Shown here piece after piece: positions 29,575 through 39,173 of a DNA stretch of 64,000 bases. Made by a program: the position numbers and the translations under genes. This DNA is from Escherichia coli (GTDB lineage: Bacteria > Pseudomonadota > Gammaproteobacteria > Enterobacterales > Enterobacteriaceae): the NCBI RefSeq assembly GCF_044324875.1, contig NZ_CP172185.1; one strand, 5' to 3'. Positions within the stretch are counted from its first letter, which is position 1, and the number at the start of each line of letters is the position of its first letter. Below the pieces are notes generated by a model. It had not been told where the DNA came from. It searched no databases and worked only from the letters and a program-made list of their open reading frames with translations.

Positions 29575-31893
29575 ATGAAAATTAGCGACGGAAACTGGTT
29601 GATTCAACCTGGCCTCAATTTGATTCACCCGCTTCAGGTGTTCGAGGTTGAACAGCAGGGTAATGAAATGGTGGTCTATGCTGCCCCTCGTGATGTGCGT
29701 GAACGTACCTGGCAGCTTGATACGCCTTTATTTACGCTGCGCTTTTTCTCCCCACAGGAAGGTATTGTCGGTGTACGGATTGAGCATTTTCAGGGGGCGC
29801 TGAATAACGGTCCTCATTACCCGCTCAATATTTTGCAGGACGTGAAGGTCACAATCGAAAACACAGAACGTTACGCTGAGTTTAAAAGTGGCAACTTAAG
29901 TGCGCGTGTCAGCAAAGGTGAGTTCTGGTCACTGGATTTTCTGCGTAACGGCGAACGTATTACCGGTAGTCAGGTGAAAAATAATGGCTACGTGCAGGAC
30001 ACGAATAATCAACGAAATTATATGTTTGAGCGGCTGGATCTTGGCGTTGGCGAAACAGTTTACGGTCTGGGAGAGCGCTTTACTGCGCTGGTGCGCAATG
30101 GCCAGACGGTAGAGACCTGGAACCGGGACGGCGGCACAAGTACTGAACAGGCGTATAAAAATATCCCGTTCTATATGACTAACCGTGGCTATGGGGTACT
30201 GGTCAATCATCCTCAATGCGTCTCTTTTGAAGTGGGATCGGAGAAAGTCTCCAAAGTGCAGTTCAGCGTTGAGAGTGAATATCTCGAATACTTTGTTATC
30301 GACGGCCCGACGCCGAAAGCGGTACTTGATCGTTATACCCGTTTTACTGGTCGTCCGGCGCTGCCGCCCGCGTGGTCCTTCGGCCTGTGGCTAACCACTT
30401 CATTTACCACCAACTACGACGAAGCGACGGTAAACAGTTTTATCGATGGTATGGCGGAACGCAATCTGCCACTGCATGTTTTCCACTTTGACTGTTTCTG
30501 GATGAAAGCCTTCCAGTGGTGCGATTTTGAGTGGGACCCGCTGACTTTCCCGGACCCGGAAGGGATGATCCGCCGCCTGAAAGCGAAAGGGCTAAAAATC
30601 TGCGTCTGGATTAACCCCTATATCGGGCAAAAATCCCCTGTCTTTAAAGAGTTACAAGAGAAAGGCTATTTACTCAAACGCCCGGACGGTTCGTTATGGC
30701 AGTGGGATAAATGGCAGCCAGGTCTGGCGATTTATGACTTTACCAATCCGGATGCCTGCAAATGGTACGCCGACAAACTGAAAGGTCTGGTCGCGATGGG
30801 CGTTGATTGCTTTAAGACCGACTTTGGCGAACGTATTCCAACCGATGTTCAGTGGTTTGACGGTTCCGATCCGCAGAAAATGCATAACCATTATGCGTAC
30901 ATCTACAACGAACTGGTGTGGAAAGTGCTCAAGGAAACCGTTGGCGAGGAAGAAGCCGTCTTGTTTGCTCGCTCGGCCTCCGTTGGTGCGCAGAAATTCC
31001 CGGTACACTGGGGTGGTGACTGTTACGCTAACTACGAATCAATGGCGGAAAGCCTGCGCGGTGGTTTGTCTATTGGCCTTTCAGGTTTTGGTTTCTGGAG
31101 CCACGATATCGGCGGCTTTGAGAATACCGCGCCGGCGCACGTTTACAAACGCTGGTGCGCGTTTGGTTTGCTCTCCAGCCATAGCCGTTTACACGGCAGC
31201 AAATCTTATCGTGTGCCGTGGGCCTACGATGATGAGTCCTGTGATGTGGTGCGCTTCTTCACGCAACTGAAATGCCGCATGATGCCGTATCTGTATCGTG
31301 AAGCTGCTCGTGCGAACGCGCGGGGTACGCCGATGATGCGGGCCATGATGATGGAGTTTCCGGACGATCCGGCTTGTGATTACCTTGACCGTCAATACAT
31401 GTTAGGCGACAACGTGATGGTTGCGCCTGTGTTCACTGAATCGGGCGATGTGCAGTTCTACTTGCCTGAAGGTCGCTGGACACACCTGTGGCACAACGAT
31501 GAACTCGATGGTAGTCGCTGGCATAAACAGCAGCACAGCTTCCTGAGTCTGCCCGTTTATGTGCGTGATAACACCCTACTGGCGCTGGGCAACAACGAGC
31601 AACGTCCCGATTACGCGTGGCACGAAGGCACGGCATTCCAGCTCTTTAATCTACAAGACGGGCATGAAGCCATCTGTGAAGTGCCCGCTGCTGACGGTTC
31701 CGTTCTTTTCACCCTGAAAGCGGCGCGTACTGGCAACACGATTACTGTGACTGGTGCGGGCGAGGCGAAGAACTGGACACTGTGCTTGCGCAATATTGTG
31801 AAAGTAAATGGTCTGCAAGGTGGTTCGCAGGCTGAAAGTGAGCAGGGACTGGTGGTGACTCCTCAAGGGAATGCGCTGACAATTACGTTGTAA
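29575..31893 (+). CDS. yicI: GH31 alpha-xylosidase
   Basis: 772 aa, matches K-12 YicI (KTDFGE nucleophile region, HDIGGF). Confidence 0.95.
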   Translation: MKISDGNWLIQPGLNLIHPLQVFEVEQQGNEMVVYAAPRDVRERTWQLDTPLFTLRFFSPQEGIVGVRIEHFQGALNNGPHYPLNILQDVKVTIENTERYAEFKSGNLSARVSKGEFWSLDFLRNGERITGSQVKNNGYVQDTNNQRNYMFERLDLGVGETVYGLGERFTALVRNGQTVETWNRDGGTSTEQAYKNIPFYMTNRGYGVLVNHPQCVSFEVGSEKVSKVQFSVESEYLEYFVIDGPTPKAVLDRYTRFTGRPALPPAWSFGLWLTTSFTTNYDEATVNSFIDGMAERNLPLHVFHFDCFWMKAFQWCDFEWDPLTFPDPEGMIRRLKAKGLKICVWINPYIGQKSPVFKELQEKGYLLKRPDGSLWQWDKWQPGLAIYDFTNPDACKWYADKLKGLVAMGVDCFKTDFGERIPTDVQWFDGSDPQKMHNHYAYIYNELVWKVLKETVGEEEAVLFARSASVGAQKFPVHWGGDCYANYESMAESLRGGLSIGLSGFGFWSHDIGGFENTAPAHVYKRWCAFGLLSSHSRLHGSKSYRVPWAYDDESCDVVRFFTQLKCRMMPYLYREAARANARGTPMMRAMMMEFPDDPACDYLDRQYMLGDNVMVAPVFTESGDVQFYLPEGRWTHLWHNDELDGSRWHKQQHSFLSLPVYVRDNTLLALGNNEQRPDYAWHEGTAFQLFNLQDGHEAICEVPAADGSVLFTLKAARTGNTITVTGAGEAKNWTLCLRNIVKVNGLQGGSQAESEQGLVVTPQGNALTITL

Positions 31894-32187
31894 TCTATTG
31901 AAGAATGCCGGATACGAATGGTTTTGTGTCGTATCCGGTAAATAATCTCACATCTGGTAATAAATATTTCTTCCATCGTATTTGCGAGCATGATCACGAT
32001 TATTCATCACGAAAATGTGATCTGTGCCGAAAAATATCTATTAACCGCCCCGTTTTGTTTTATACATGTCCGGACTACGGACAGATTTTAGTATTGTTGT
32101 GAAATTATTCTGCTTTATATTTACCCTCAGAGATGGCAACTGAAGCTCTTCCACATGGGGCTTCTTAATCTGTGATAAGGGTAAAAA

Positions 32188-33741
32188 ATGCAAATGATTA
32201 CCTCGCGACAAAACAGATTATTACGATTCCTTTTACCACGAAGGGAATATACGACTATTGTTACGATTGCCGGCTATTTAAATGTTTCGGAAAAAACCAT
32301 TCAACGTGATTTACGTTTACTTGAGCAATGGCTGGAACAATGGCGAATAACCGTTGAGAAGCGTGCTGGCGCAGGTGTGATGTTAGACTCGAAGAATATT
32401 ACTGATTTGCTGCATCTTGATCATTTGTTGGGAGCAGAATGTGAAGAGATTGATGGTGTAATGAATAATGCCAGGCGCGTTAAAATAGCGTCGCAGTTAT
32501 TAATTGAAACACCGAATGAAACGTCGATCAGTAAATTGTCAGAGCGCTATTTTATCAGTGGAGCCTCTATTGTTAATGACCTGAGAGTGATTGAGTCCTG
32601 GCTTGCGCCGTTGGGGTTATCATTGATCCGCAGCCCAAGTGGTACGCATATTGAAGGTAGTGAAGGGCAAGTCCGACAGGCAATGGCATTACTGATTAAC
32701 GGCATTATTAACCATAATGAGCCGCAAGGTGTCGTGTATTCACGTCTGGATCCCGGAAGTTATAAAGCATTAGTCCATTATTTTGGAGAAGAAGAGGTGT
32801 TATTTGTCCAGTCATTGTTACTGGATATGGAAAATGAATTAAGTTGGTCTTTGGGAGAGCCTTATTACGTTAACATTTTTACTCACATCCTTATTATGAT
32901 GTATCGCAACACGCACGGGAATGCGTTATCCAGAGAAGAAGATCAAACCAGGCAATATGATGAAAATATCTTTAATGTTGCCAGTCAGATGATTCATAAG
33001 ATAGAACAACGAATTGCACATACATTGCCCGATGATGAAGTCTGGTTTATTTATCAATATATCATTTCATCAGGTGTGGCGATTGATGGACAAAAAGATG
33101 TTAGCATTATTTCACATATGCAGGCCAGCAATGAAGCGCGTCTGATTACCTGGCGTTTAATTACGGTATTCAGTGACATCGTGGACTGCGATTTTAGTGA
33201 AGACAGCGCATTATATGATGGCTTGTTGGTTCATATTAAGCCGCTGATTAACCGACTAAATTATCGCATTCATATCCGTAATCCATTGCTGGAAGATATT
33301 AAAGCAGAATTAGCGGATGTCTGGCGGTTGACGCAATATGTGGTGAATCAGGTATTTAAAACCTGGGGTGAGAATGCAGTGAGCGAGGATGAAGTAGGTT
33401 ACCTGACCGTTCATTTTCAGGCTGCGATGGAGCGGCAAATTGCCCGTAAACGTGTATTACTGGTCTGTTCAACCGGAATCGGAACTTCGCATCTACTGAA
33501 AAGCCGTATTCTGCGAGCATTTCCTGAATGGACGATTGTTGATGTTATTTCAGCAGCGAATTTATCACAGGTTTTGCCTGACAATATCGAACTGATTATT
33601 TCGACCATTAATTTGCCTACAGTCACTATGCCGGTCGCTTATGTTACCGCTTTTTTTAATGATGCCGATATTAAGCGAGTCACTGAAATGGTGATTACGG
33701 GAAAATTACATCATGCGACATCTCGGGTCGTTGAAATTTAA
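32188..33741 (+). CDS. PRD/PTS-domain transcriptional regulator (Mga/MtlR/LicR-type activator), 517 aa
   Basis: It has an N-terminal winged-HTH (ITSRQNRLLRFLL...TIAGYLNVSEKTIQRDLR), central PRD-like regions and a C-terminal EIIB-like segment (RVLLVCSTGIGTSHLL). Confidence 0.8.
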   Translation: MQMITSRQNRLLRFLLPRREYTTIVTIAGYLNVSEKTIQRDLRLLEQWLEQWRITVEKRAGAGVMLDSKNITDLLHLDHLLGAECEEIDGVMNNARRVKIASQLLIETPNETSISKLSERYFISGASIVNDLRVIESWLAPLGLSLIRSPSGTHIEGSEGQVRQAMALLINGIINHNEPQGVVYSRLDPGSYKALVHYFGEEEVLFVQSLLLDMENELSWSLGEPYYVNIFTHILIMMYRNTHGNALSREEDQTRQYDENIFNVASQMIHKIEQRIAHTLPDDEVWFIYQYIISSGVAIDGQKDVSIISHMQASNEARLITWRLITVFSDIVDCDFSEDSALYDGLLVHIKPLINRLNYRIHIRNPLLEDIKAELADVWRLTQYVVNQVFKTWGENAVSEDEVGYLTVHFQAAMERQIARKRVLLVCSTGIGTSHLLKSRILRAFPEWTIVDVISAANLSQVLPDNIELIISTINLPTVTMPVAYVTAFFNDADIKRVTEMVITGKLHHATSRVVEI

Positions 33742-33767
33742 TGTCAGAATTTTATGAGGTATGACGA

Positions 33768-34238
33768 ATGGACATAACAAAAATCCTGAATACGAATCGC
33801 GTTATTTTAGATATGCAAGCGACGAATAAAGCGGAGGCGATTGAAGAATTAACTAATCTTCTCAAAAAAGATGGTGCGATCGATTGTCGGGAAACCTTTA
33901 TTAAAGATGTCTGGCAGCGCGAAGCGGAAGGCTCGACTGGTTTTGAAAATCATATTGCGATCCCGCATGGTAAATCTTCTGCGGTAATTAATACCACGCT
34001 GGCTATCGGGCGTACCCGGCAGGATATTCCCTGGGAAACACTGGATGGCAGTAGCGTACGCTGTATTATTTTATTTGCGGTACGTCTTGAAGATCAAAAT
34101 ACCACTCATATCCGTTTACTTTCCCAGGTCGCGGGCGCGCTTGCAGATGATGACATCATAGCGCAATTGCTGGTTGAGACGAGCCCGCAAAAAATCATTG
34201 ATCTCTTTAGTCAGTATGCACAATCCGATGTCTACTAA
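33768..34238 (+). CDS. PTS EIIA component (fructose/mannitol family)
   Basis: 156 aa with the phosphorylatable His in the IAIPHGKS context. Confidence 0.85.
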   Translation: MDITKILNTNRVILDMQATNKAEAIEELTNLLKKDGAIDCRETFIKDVWQREAEGSTGFENHIAIPHGKSSAVINTTLAIGRTRQDIPWETLDGSSVRCIILFAVRLEDQNTTHIRLLSQVAGALADDDIIAQLLVETSPQKIIDLFSQYAQSDVY

Positions 34239-34255
34239 ATAACAGGGAGTATATC

Positions 34256-34570
34256 ATGAATATTGTCTGTGTTGCCGCCTGCACGGCGGGTATTGCTCAC
34301 ACCTATATTGCTCGTGAAAAGTTAATTAAAGGGGCAAAAGCACTGGGCCACACCATTAAAGTTGAAACCCAGGGAACCATTGGTACAGAAAACGAATTAC
34401 AGGCGGCAGAGATCTCTGCTGCTGACGTCGTGATTCTTGCTGTGGATGTGAAAATAAAAGGAGAAGAACGTTTTACCAATAAACGCATTGTGCGAGTAAA
34501 GACAGAGATCGTCATTAAATCGCCCGTTCAATTTCTTGAAAAGGTCGAAAAATCACTGGGAAATAAATGA
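34256..34570 (+). CDS. PTS EIIB component (fructose family)
   Basis: 104 aa with the active-site Cys in VAACTAGIAHTYIA. Confidence 0.85.
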   Translation: MNIVCVAACTAGIAHTYIAREKLIKGAKALGHTIKVETQGTIGTENELQAAEISAADVVILAVDVKIKGEERFTNKRIVRVKTEIVIKSPVQFLEKVEKSLGNK

Positions 34571-34594
34571 TCCTTATACTGGAGGGATCTTAAT

Positions 34595-35686
34595 ATGAAA
34601 GAAAATGAAATTCCGGTTTCACAGGAAATTAAAAAACATTTATTAACCGGCATCTCGTGGATGATACCCCTTATTGTGGCCGCCGGGATATGTATTGCGT
34701 TGGGGCAAGTTCTTGGCGGTACAGATGTTGGTGAAAAAACAGGAACAATCCCGTGGATGCTTAATCAGATTGGCGGCTGGGGAATGGGGCTGATTGTGCC
34801 GCTGATTAGCGCGGCAATTGCCTATTCTATTGCCGATCGTCCCGGATTTGCCCCGGGCCTGATTGTCGGCTTTCTCTGTGGGCAAATCCATACCGGATTT
34901 ATTGGCGGTATGTTGGGTGGTTTCCTGGTGGGCTACACCATTTTGCTACTTAAACGCTATATTCGCCTGCCGCAGTCGATGCAAGGACTCATGCCAATCA
35001 TGGTGTTGCCGGTATTAAGCACCATTATCGGTGGGCTGTTAATGATGACGCTGATTGGTAAACCCATCGCCTGGTTACAAGAAGCACTGATTCATTTGCT
35101 CGAGTCGATGCAGGGCGGATCGCGCTTCCTGATGGGGGCCATACTTGGCGCGATGGCAACCTTCGATTTCGGTGGTCCGGTCAACAAAACCATGTCGCTG
35201 TTTTCCGATGGCTTGCTGGTCAGTGGCGTCTACGGACCAGAAGCCGTGAAATTTGTCGGCTCAATCATCCCTCCGTTTGGCATCACACTTTCGTTCTTAC
35301 TGACACGCCATAAATACACCCGTGCGGAGCGCGAGGCGCTGAAAGCCGCGTTTCCGATGGGGATCTGCATGATCACTGAAGGAGTCATTCCGATCGCCGC
35401 GCGTGACCTGTTGCGAGTAGTGGGATCTTGTGTGGTGGCATCGGCGGTCGCGGGCGGCTTAATCATGGTGTGGGGCGTGGAGAGTCCGGTTCCACATGGC
35501 GGCATGTTTGTTGTGCCTCTGTTCACCCATCCTCTGCTGTTTTGCCTGGCGCTGGGTATAGGCACGGTGATTTGTGGCGTGATGCTTTCACTCTGGAAGA
35601 AACCGGTAACGGAACGCGACGAAGAGTTTGACGAACTGAGCGATCAAAAGCTGAAAGATGAAGAGATCATTTTCACCCTCGAATAA
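34595..35686 (+). CDS. PTS EIIC component (fructose family)
   Basis: 363 aa polytopic membrane protein, FruA/FrvB-like. Confidence 0.85.
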   Translation: MKENEIPVSQEIKKHLLTGISWMIPLIVAAGICIALGQVLGGTDVGEKTGTIPWMLNQIGGWGMGLIVPLISAAIAYSIADRPGFAPGLIVGFLCGQIHTGFIGGMLGGFLVGYTILLLKRYIRLPQSMQGLMPIMVLPVLSTIIGGLLMMTLIGKPIAWLQEALIHLLESMQGGSRFLMGAILGAMATFDFGGPVNKTMSLFSDGLLVSGVYGPEAVKFVGSIIPPFGITLSFLLTRHKYTRAEREALKAAFPMGICMITEGVIPIAARDLLRVVGSCVVASAVAGGLIMVWGVESPVPHGGMFVVPLFTHPLLFCLALGIGTVICGVMLSLWKKPVTERDEEFDELSDQKLKDEEIIFTLE

Positions 35687-35697
35687 CCGGAGGCCCT

Positions 35698-36549
35698 ATG
35701 TTTGCCGATATGAAAAGTATGGTGATGAAAGCCTGGCATGAACATTACGCCTTGCTGGCGATCAACTGTATGAATCTGGAAAGTGCTCGCGCAGCTATCC
35801 GCGTGGCGGAGAAGAATCGCGCTCCGATCATTCTCAATCTCTATCAGGGGCATCTGGCGCATTTTCCTGCACCCGTCGCGGCGGCAGTGGTTAAAACGCT
35901 CGCGGAATCTGCCTCAGTACCGGTCACTCTGGCGCTTGATCATGGCAAAAATCCGGACTGTATTCGTCAGGCGTTTCGTGCTGGTTTCAGCGGATTAATG
36001 ATTGATGCTTCTGCTTTTCCCTTGGAGGAAAACGTGCGCCAGACCAAGGCGGTGGTGGAACTCGCCGCCAGCGCGCAGCTCTGCGTTGAAGGCGAACTGG
36101 GCCATCTGGCAGATGCGCCGCGTTACGACCAGGCCGCCAATGCAGACATGATGACGCAACCCACTGATGTGGAAGCGTTTATCGCGCAGACAGGCATTGA
36201 TCTACTGGCCGTTTCGGTAGGCACGGCGCACGGCATGTACGCGCCTGGTGTTGTACCTGCTATTGATTTTCAGCGTCTGGCGGAGATTTTCCACTGCTCG
36301 AGCGTGCCTCTGGCATTACATGGTTGTAGCGGTACGCCGTTCGATCAGCTCCAGCTCTGTACGACTCTGGGGGTAGCAAAAATCAACGTGGGGGCGGCCA
36401 TTTTTGAACGGGGGAAATCCGCGCTCCTGCATACCCTCTGTCACGATATATCCATTGAACTGGTGGACGCGCTGAAAGCTATGGAACTGGCCTTCGAAGA
36501 AGCGATTACACCGTATTTACAGGCGAGCGGCTCTATCGGCAAAGCCTGA
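35698..36549 (+). CDS. Class II ketose-1,6-bisphosphate aldolase, paralogue 1
   Basis: 283 aa, resembles GatY/KbaY/FbaA class II enzymes (LALDHGK..., HGCSG). Confidence 0.8.
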   Translation: MFADMKSMVMKAWHEHYALLAINCMNLESARAAIRVAEKNRAPIILNLYQGHLAHFPAPVAAAVVKTLAESASVPVTLALDHGKNPDCIRQAFRAGFSGLMIDASAFPLEENVRQTKAVVELAASAQLCVEGELGHLADAPRYDQAANADMMTQPTDVEAFIAQTGIDLLAVSVGTAHGMYAPGVVPAIDFQRLAEIFHCSSVPLALHGCSGTPFDQLQLCTTLGVAKINVGAAIFERGKSALLHTLCHDISIELVDALKAMELAFEEAITPYLQASGSIGKA

Positions 36550-36629
36550 TTCATTTTCTGTCATGGCCTTTATGCCAGTGCAATAACGCACCGGCAGGGC
36601 GGACTACACGCTGAAACTGGAGATTTAAC

Positions 36630-37490
36630 ATGTTAGTTTCGATGAAAGAATTACTGCAACCTACCCGCCAGCACGGCTTTGCCATTGGCGCATTTAATGT
36701 GGCGGATAACTGTTTCCTTCGCGCAGTCGTGGATGAAGCAGAAGCGACAAATACTCCGGCGATTATTGCCATCCATCCCAGCGAACATGATTTTGTGGGC
36801 GATGCCTTTTTCGCTCACGTTCGCGAAATTACCCAGCGTAGTCCGGTCCCGTTTGTACTGCACCTCGATCATGGTGCCTCTGTAGAGCATGTTTTGCGTG
36901 CGATTCGCTGCGGATTTACCTCAGTAATGATCGACGGTTCGCTGCTGCCGTATGAAGAAAACGTGGCGCTGACCGCAGAAGTGGTTCGCCTCGCTCACGC
37001 GGTTGGAGTGTCGGTTGAGGGTGAACTGGGAACCATCGGACAAACAGGAACGTCGGTAGAAGGTGGTGTTTCACAAGTGACCTACACAGATCCGGCGCAG
37101 GCCGCCGATTTTATTGCTCGTACAGGTGCCGACACTCTGGCTGTGGCGATTGGTACAGCGCATGGCATCTATCCAAAAGGGATGCAGCCGAAGCTGCAAA
37201 TGGACATTTTGCGCGACATTGCCGGACGTATTGATATTCCGCTGGTGCTACACGGTGGTTCGGCAAACCCGGACGCGGAGATTGCTGAATCAGTTACGCT
37301 CGGCGTCGGCAAAATCAATATCTCCAGCGATATGAAATACGCCTATTTCCAGAAAGTGCGTGAAATTCTCGCTAAAGAGAGCTGGTGGGACCCGAACGTC
37401 ATCTATCCGGATGCGATTAACGCGGCGCGGGAAGTCATTCGCCACAAAATGAAACTGTTCGGTTCGCTCGGTAAAGCATCACTGTACTAA
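36630..37490 (+). CDS. Class II ketose-1,6-bisphosphate aldolase, paralogue 2
   Basis: 286 aa (LHLDHGAS..., LVLHGGSA). Confidence 0.85.
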   Translation: MLVSMKELLQPTRQHGFAIGAFNVADNCFLRAVVDEAEATNTPAIIAIHPSEHDFVGDAFFAHVREITQRSPVPFVLHLDHGASVEHVLRAIRCGFTSVMIDGSLLPYEENVALTAEVVRLAHAVGVSVEGELGTIGQTGTSVEGGVSQVTYTDPAQAADFIARTGADTLAVAIGTAHGIYPKGMQPKLQMDILRDIAGRIDIPLVLHGGSANPDAEIAESVTLGVGKINISSDMKYAYFQKVREILAKESWWDPNVIYPDAINAAREVIRHKMKLFGSLGKASLY

Positions 37491-37537
37491 GCCAGAAGGG
37501 CGGGGTGACCCGCCTTTTACGCAACAAGGAACGAGAT

Positions 37538-38470
37538 ATGCACTATCTGGGGTTGGATATTGGTGGGACCAAAATCGCCGCCGTCGTCATGGATGCGCAT
37601 GGCTGGGAGATTCGCCGTTACCGCTGCCCGACGCAAAAGTCGACATATCAACAATTTGTCTCATGCGTTGTGGCGTTTATCGAGCAGATTAGGCGGGACG
37701 TTCAACGACCGATGCTGACAGGGATCGCCTTACCCGGCAGTATCTCGCCACTCACTGGCCTGATTAAAAACGCGAATATTCAGGTGATTAACGGTCATGC
37801 GTTACAGGCTGATTTGCAGCAATTGCTTGGGCAACCGGTGGTGATAGCCAATGATGGTAACTGTTTCGCGCTATCAGAAGCTTGCGACGGTGCCGGGCAA
37901 GATTATGACGTGGTATTTGGTATTACGCTTGGTACGGGCTGCGGCGGTGGCATTGCCATCAAGCAACGACCGTTTATAGGGGCCTGGGGAAATGCTGCCG
38001 AATGCGGTCATATCACGTTGCCAGGCTATACGGAGCAGGAAGATGGTCCATCAGTCAGTTGCTATTGCGGCAAACACAACTGCGTGGAGTCGTTTGTTTC
38101 CGGCAGCGGTTTTAGTGAACGCTATCAACAGATGACTGGTAACTTGCTCACTCCTGCGGCGATTGTCACCCTGGCACAACGTGGTGATGCTTGTGCCATG
38201 CAGCAGGTGGCACGTTTTCGCCAACAGCTTGCCCGCACGCTGGCAACCATCGTTAACGTTGTTGACCCTGGCGTGATTGTGATCGGCGGCGGGCTTTCGA
38301 ATGTGGAACTGCTTATCACCGCTCTGAACGCAGAAGTTGCTCCACTGGTTTTCACCGATCAATTCACCACTCCCATTGTAAAAGCACAGCACGGCGACAG
38401 TAGCGGAATGCGTGGCGCTGCCTGGCTTGCTATGCGCAACGGAGAAGCCAATGAAACGTTCACAAATTAA
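37538..38470 (+). CDS. ROK-family sugar kinase
   Basis: It has LGLDIGGTK (ATP-binding) and the ROK zinc motif CYCGKHNCVE. The start is taken at the ATG at 37538. Confidence 0.85.
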   Translation: MHYLGLDIGGTKIAAVVMDAHGWEIRRYRCPTQKSTYQQFVSCVVAFIEQIRRDVQRPMLTGIALPGSISPLTGLIKNANIQVINGHALQADLQQLLGQPVVIANDGNCFALSEACDGAGQDYDVVFGITLGTGCGGGIAIKQRPFIGAWGNAAECGHITLPGYTEQEDGPSVSCYCGKHNCVESFVSGSGFSERYQQMTGNLLTPAAIVTLAQRGDACAMQQVARFRQQLARTLATIVNVVDPGVIVIGGGLSNVELLITALNAEVAPLVFTDQFTTPIVKAQHGDSSGMRGAAWLAMRNGEANETFTN

Positions 38471-39131
38471 TTATGTTATTGATAAAGCACATGCCATTGC
38501 GCAGACCTTCCGCGTTTGTTTGCCAGAGTTCGCCTATTTTACGGTGGATGACTGGCTGCAGCGGGAACGGGATAACTGGCAAGAAGTGGTCGACTTACAG
38601 CTCGGTTGGGATATCACCGATTTTGGTCGTGGTGATTTCAACCAAACGGGACTAACACTGCTAACGATGCGCAACGGCGCGCTGGGGGCGGCGGCATATC
38701 CAAAACCGTATGCTGAGAAAATGTTGCAGATCCAACAAGATCAGCAGACTCCCTGGCATTTTCACACCCACAAAATGGAAGATATCCTCAATCGGGGCGG
38801 TGGAGACTTATGCATGCAGTTGGCCTGGGCCAACGAAGCCAATCTCTGTGATGATCAGCGGGTTATTACCGTGAGTGTTGATGGTCAGCGGCGTGCCGTG
38901 AAACCTGGTGAAACGCTGGTGCTAAAGCCGGGGCAGGGCATTTGCCTGCCGCCGCGTCTGTATCATCGCTTCTGGGCGGAAAAAGCGTTTGTTCTCGGCT
39001 GGGAAATTTCGATGGTAAATGATGACCAACATGATAACCATTTTCTTGAGCCGGGAGGACGTTTTCCGGCGATAGAAGAAGATGAACCGGTGAAATGGTT
39101 ATTGTGTAGTGAGTATGCTGTTTTGCGGTAA
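38451..39131 (+). CDS. Cupin-fold sugar isomerase (D-lyxose/D-mannose isomerase-like)
   Basis: 226 aa with the metal-binding pattern WHFHxxKxEDI...H of the YdaE/lyxose-isomerase family. Its ATG at 38451 overlaps the ROK gene end by 20 nt. Confidence 0.7.
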   Translation: MKRSQINYVIDKAHAIAQTFRVCLPEFAYFTVDDWLQRERDNWQEVVDLQLGWDITDFGRGDFNQTGLTLLTMRNGALGAAAYPKPYAEKMLQIQQDQQTPWHFHTHKMEDILNRGGGDLCMQLAWANEANLCDDQRVITVSVDGQRRAVKPGETLVLKPGQGICLPPRLYHRFWAEKAFVLGWEISMVNDDQHDNHFLEPGGRFPAIEEDEPVKWLLCSEYAVLR

Positions 39132-39173
39132 TAGCGGGGACGCTAACGTTGATATCCGTTAGCGCCCGCGTAT

